Below, one piece after another: positions 60,700-64,000 of a stretch of DNA of 64,000 nucleotides (positions within the stretch are counted from its first letter, which is position 1; each line of letters starts with the position of its first letter). The DNA comes from a virus: the IMG/VR virus record IMGVR_UViG_3300029989_000005. One strand, 5' to 3'. The position numbers and the translations under genes are program-made. The notes beneath the pieces are model-generated. The model was given only the letters and a program-made list of their open reading frames with translations, was not told where the DNA came from and searched no databases.

Positions 60700-60772
60700 A
60701 TTTGTAAAATTATTTTATTATTTACATATATGAAATTTGCTTGGGTTTAAATAAATAAAATAAAATAAAATT

Positions 60773-61771
60773 ATGGAAATAATTGACCTTATACAAGACA
60801 AAATCAGAGAATCACAAACCTTTGATTTATTAAATCAAATTGACTCTGCAATAAATGATGTAAACATTCCTGATTCCGATATGATATTACTTAATATCAT
60901 AAGAGAATTTATAGATGGGAAAGATACTGATTCGCTTATTAAAAAATTACCCAATCTTTCAGAGCCACAGTTGAGTCTTATATATAGTTCTATTTTAGAT
61001 TGTTGTAGAAGTTATTTTAAATCAAAAATAGATTTAACGGTCTTTCTTTCAAATTTCTTTACTTATCAAGAACTCATGTATTTTGATATTGATAATCTTA
61101 CTGCTATTGACTTATCAAGCATAAACCAAATTTTGTTGAATATAGAATCATCTATCAATTTCAATAATGTCTATGATATTGAGCTTAGCTGTGAACTCAA
61201 AGAAAGCGTAAGAGAATCTATAATTGAATACTTCGATTCAAAAAATATGTTTGATAAGGGATTTATTGAGAATGTTGAATCGGCAAGTATAACAAGAGAT
61301 ATTTTAGGAAATGATGCTATTTTGGAAAGTGATAATGTATCTGATAAAATAAGGAAATTGGAAGAAATGGATGATCAATCCATTACGTTCCTTTATTCTA
61401 TATTTACGGGTGATTATACAGCTAGCTTTAGATTTTCCATGCGGTCTGAACTTTCAGAAGAGGTGGTAAGACACCCTGCGGGTCAGATTTCACGATATTT
61501 ATCACCTATTTCACCCGAACAACAAGATTCATTACTAGTAAGTAATAATTCAACTCAATCAGATGTTGACCAATTTTGGCAATCAATACAAAGCCAATAT
61601 GGCACAAGAATAAACGAAAATCTTTTGATATTATATACAAAACTGTTTCCTATAAATGAATGTAGGAGATTACTAACATCATTATCCAATATAAATATAA
61701 TAAAAGGAATAAACGAAAACTATTATATGGTTTCGGGGAAAAACCTTAATAACATCAAACTCTTAAAATAA
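60773..61771 (+). CDS. Acidic hypothetical protein, probable head protein
   Basis: 332 aa with repeated [I/V/L]xE motifs (IRES, VRES, ILES, INEN). Confidence 0.5.
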   Translation: MEIIDLIQDKIRESQTFDLLNQIDSAINDVNIPDSDMILLNIIREFIDGKDTDSLIKKLPNLSEPQLSLIYSSILDCCRSYFKSKIDLTVFLSNFFTYQELMYFDIDNLTAIDLSSINQILLNIESSINFNNVYDIELSCELKESVRESIIEYFDSKNMFDKGFIENVESASITRDILGNDAILESDNVSDKIRKLEEMDDQSITFLYSIFTGDYTASFRFSMRSELSEEVVRHPAGQISRYLSPISPEQQDSLLVSNNSTQSDVDQFWQSIQSQYGTRINENLLILYTKLFPINECRRLLTSLSNINIIKGINENYYMVSGKNLNNIKLLK

Positions 61772-61793
61772 TAATTAACTAAAATATACAACA

Positions 61794-64000
61794 ATGATCA
61801 CCAAAGTTAAAAAAATAGTTGATAATAGCACTACAGAGGTTAAAGCGAATTTTAAAAAATTTGTAAACGAAAACCACAAAATTTTGAATTCCAAAGACTC
61901 AAAAGCTATTAATGAAAAATTGAATGGATTTTTATCAGACAATCATATAGCTCATAATAATTTTGAATTCGTAACCTTAAAAAATATAGTTAGCAAAAAA
62001 AGCGAAATATTTGCTGTACTTGAAAATTATCGTAAGGAAAACAACCGATTGTTTGTTGAGGCTAGAAAAGTTTTTGAAAATGGTAAAGGTAAGCTTTCGT
62101 GTCAAAAAATCAACGAGGAATTTTCAGCACTTGAGCAAAAATATTATCACTTGTCAAGGAAAATAAACGAAAGTTCTGACTTGGATTTAAATATTGGAAC
62201 TTTCGACTTAAGTTCCACACAGGAACTTTATGATAACTTTGACTCAAATTTTGTTGAAAAAAATAAGGATAAATTTGATGAAGTCCGTTTAAATGATTTC
62301 TTTTATAATGGCGGAACAATTGATTTGACTATTTCAAAAGATTCAGATACAATATCAGGATATGGTGTGTATATAGAATTAAATTCTCCTGATGGAAAAG
62401 ATGGTATTGATAAAGATTTACAAAACAATCTTAATGATTTAGCTGTAAAATATTTTGAATCTGGTATTGTTGATTATGTGGCTGAAAGTGTAAATGAAAG
62501 TAATGATTTTGATATTTTTGCACAAGCTAAAGCACATATGTTGCCCGAAGAAATCGACCATCATGAAACTGATTTATATCTAAAATGTAATAATATTTCA
62601 TATAATTTGGTTGATAGATACGAGTTTAATAAGGATGTTAAAAGATTTAAATCTGATATTGATGGTGAATTTTGGTATGACATATCATTTGCTTGGTACA
62701 ATGATTCTGTAAATGAATCAGATAATTCATTAATTGATAAAATAAAGGGTCAATTTCCTGAACTTTCAGATGAACTTATTACCAAAGTGGGTGCTGAACT
62801 ACAAAACGCTGATAAAAAGGCGGGTGTTATTGATAGGGTTTCAACTTGGATAGCTAAAGAGCTTGGTTATATTGGTGAAGATGATTCAATGATCGATGAA
62901 CAGGGTTATAAGGATATTATAAGCAAAACTTTTGAAATCTATAAATCGGTTGAATCAATAAATGAGGATTCTAACGATTATGAAGCAAAATTACAAGAAC
63001 TTACAAGTTATGGTAATGGTTTGGAAGAATCTTATAAACACACTATTGATGGCGTTGAAGACAATAAAGGTGTTGAAGGAAATTATCACAAAGTTTATGG
63101 TAATGATAAAACCTTGAAAGATTCTAATCTTAGAATCAAGTCAATGTCTATAGTACTTGATAAAAATACAAGTAAATTCTTAGTTGATGAAGGTAGCGTG
63201 CATTCAGCGATAACTTCTCAAGAGTTTAATGAGTACAGAAATGAACTCAGAGGTTTAAAAGATAAACAGTTTAATACAGTTGCTGAGGCTGTTGCTGCTG
63301 CCGATGAATTTGCAAATAAATGGAATTCAACATTTATGAAAGACAATGCTGTTAATGAGGATACAAATTCTGAATCTTATACCGCTGCAACAGAACTTGC
63401 TAGGACAAAAATAAATGATTGGGATGGTAAAGGTGTCTTGAAATTTGACCTTGATGCACCTGTTGGTGGTGAGGGCAAACAATTATTTTTAAAAACTGCA
63501 GGTCGTGATACTAATGAAAAATTTGGTACAGTATTTCAGGTTGAGCTTGATGAAAAATCAGTAAAAATTACAAATCTTGATAATGTTGACAAAAAAGGAA
63601 AAATTAATGAATGTGCTGTTGGTGATTCATTTAAAGCACAAGCTTTGTCAGGTGTAATGAATGGAACAGGAACTATACTTAAAGAAGATGGTGATGATTT
63701 TACCATCGGATTCAAAAATGGAACTAGTAAAGCAACTGATGATTATGATAAAACAATAACTATTAAAAAGGATAAACTTAAACAGTATCTCAAATTAGAT
63801 TCAGTCAACGAGGGTAATGATAATAATTCTCGTGGAACTATGGAAAATGCAGAAAACGGAAATTTTATTGTCAAAGATACAACAAAACCTATTGATGATC
63901 AAATTGTTTATGATGGTAATGACTTGGTTACGGCAAAAAGTATGTTAAATGCTTTGAATAATCCAAATGCTGTAAATGAAGATGATAATACTGAGTATAA
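61794..64000 (+). CDS. Large modular polyprotein (>735 aa, runs off the window) with [V/I]NE linkers
   Basis: Translated by hand from ATG 61794 (MITKVKKIVDNS...) with no stop to 64000; absent from the ORF track because it is open-ended. Confidence 0.85.
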   Translation, partial: MITKVKKIVDNSTTEVKANFKKFVNENHKILNSKDSKAINEKLNGFLSDNHIAHNNFEFVTLKNIVSKKSEIFAVLENYRKENNRLFVEARKVFENGKGKLSCQKINEEFSALEQKYYHLSRKINESSDLDLNIGTFDLSSTQELYDNFDSNFVEKNKDKFDEVRLNDFFYNGGTIDLTISKDSDTISGYGVYIELNSPDGKDGIDKDLQNNLNDLAVKYFESGIVDYVAESVNESNDFDIFAQAKAHMLPEEIDHHETDLYLKCNNISYNLVDRYEFNKDVKRFKSDIDGEFWYDISFAWYNDSVNESDNSLIDKIKGQFPELSDELITKVGAELQNADKKAGVIDRVSTWIAKELGYIGEDDSMIDEQGYKDIISKTFEIYKSVESINEDSNDYEAKLQELTSYGNGLEESYKHTIDGVEDNKGVEGNYHKVYGNDKTLKDSNLRIKSMSIVLDKNTSKFLVDEGSVHSAITSQEFNEYRNELRGLKDKQFNTVAEAVAAADEFANKWNSTFMKDNAVNEDTNSESYTAATELARTKINDWDGKGVLKFDLDAPVGGEGKQLFLKTAGRDTNEKFGTVFQVELDEKSVKITNLDNVDKKGKINECAVGDSFKAQALSGVMNGTGTILKEDGDDFTIGFKNGTSKATDDYDKTITIKKDKLKQYLKLDSVNEGNDNNSRGTMENAENGNFIVKDTTKPIDDQIVYDGNDLVTAKSMLNALNNPNAVNEDDNTEY

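Noticed and set aside
1-64000. Stop-codon recoding as in Lak/crAss phages
   Set aside because: Genes are full-length in code 11; reading through the TAG at 24511 or the TGA at 36328 hits another stop soon with no conserved continuation

Overview
Very AT-rich (roughly a quarter GC by eye), gene-dense segment of a T4-related jumbo myophage genome read in the standard code. The host is probably Bacteroidota (a DUF4494-like gene, no Shine-Dalgarno motifs). It carries scrambled T4-core homologs: portal, neck, tail tube/terminator, baseplate, gp41, UvsX/W/Y, gp46/47, gp32, a gp55-like sigma factor and a split family B polymerase. It also carries class II RNR, GroES/GroEL and a purine module. Six points stand out. 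(1) The large terminase is broken into dispersed genes; its ATPase piece starts with a split-intein C-half, and a separate gene 21 kb away is an IntC fused directly to an IntN with no extein, which suggests a two-step trans-splicing relay. (2) A PurZ-type synthetase occurs with phage-encoded PurB, guanylate kinase, a MazG-like enzyme and an ADA-family deaminase, a candidate self-sufficient 2-aminoadenine (Z) pathway. (3) A perfect parS palindrome lies beside a wHTH gene at the strand-switch point. (4) A tRNA-shaped RNA sits upstream of the gp32-like SSB gene. (5) A polyprotein of small domains is separated by [V/I]NE protease-like linkers. (6) CCAG/CTGG appears to be avoided. All family calls come from motif recognition by eye; no searches were run.
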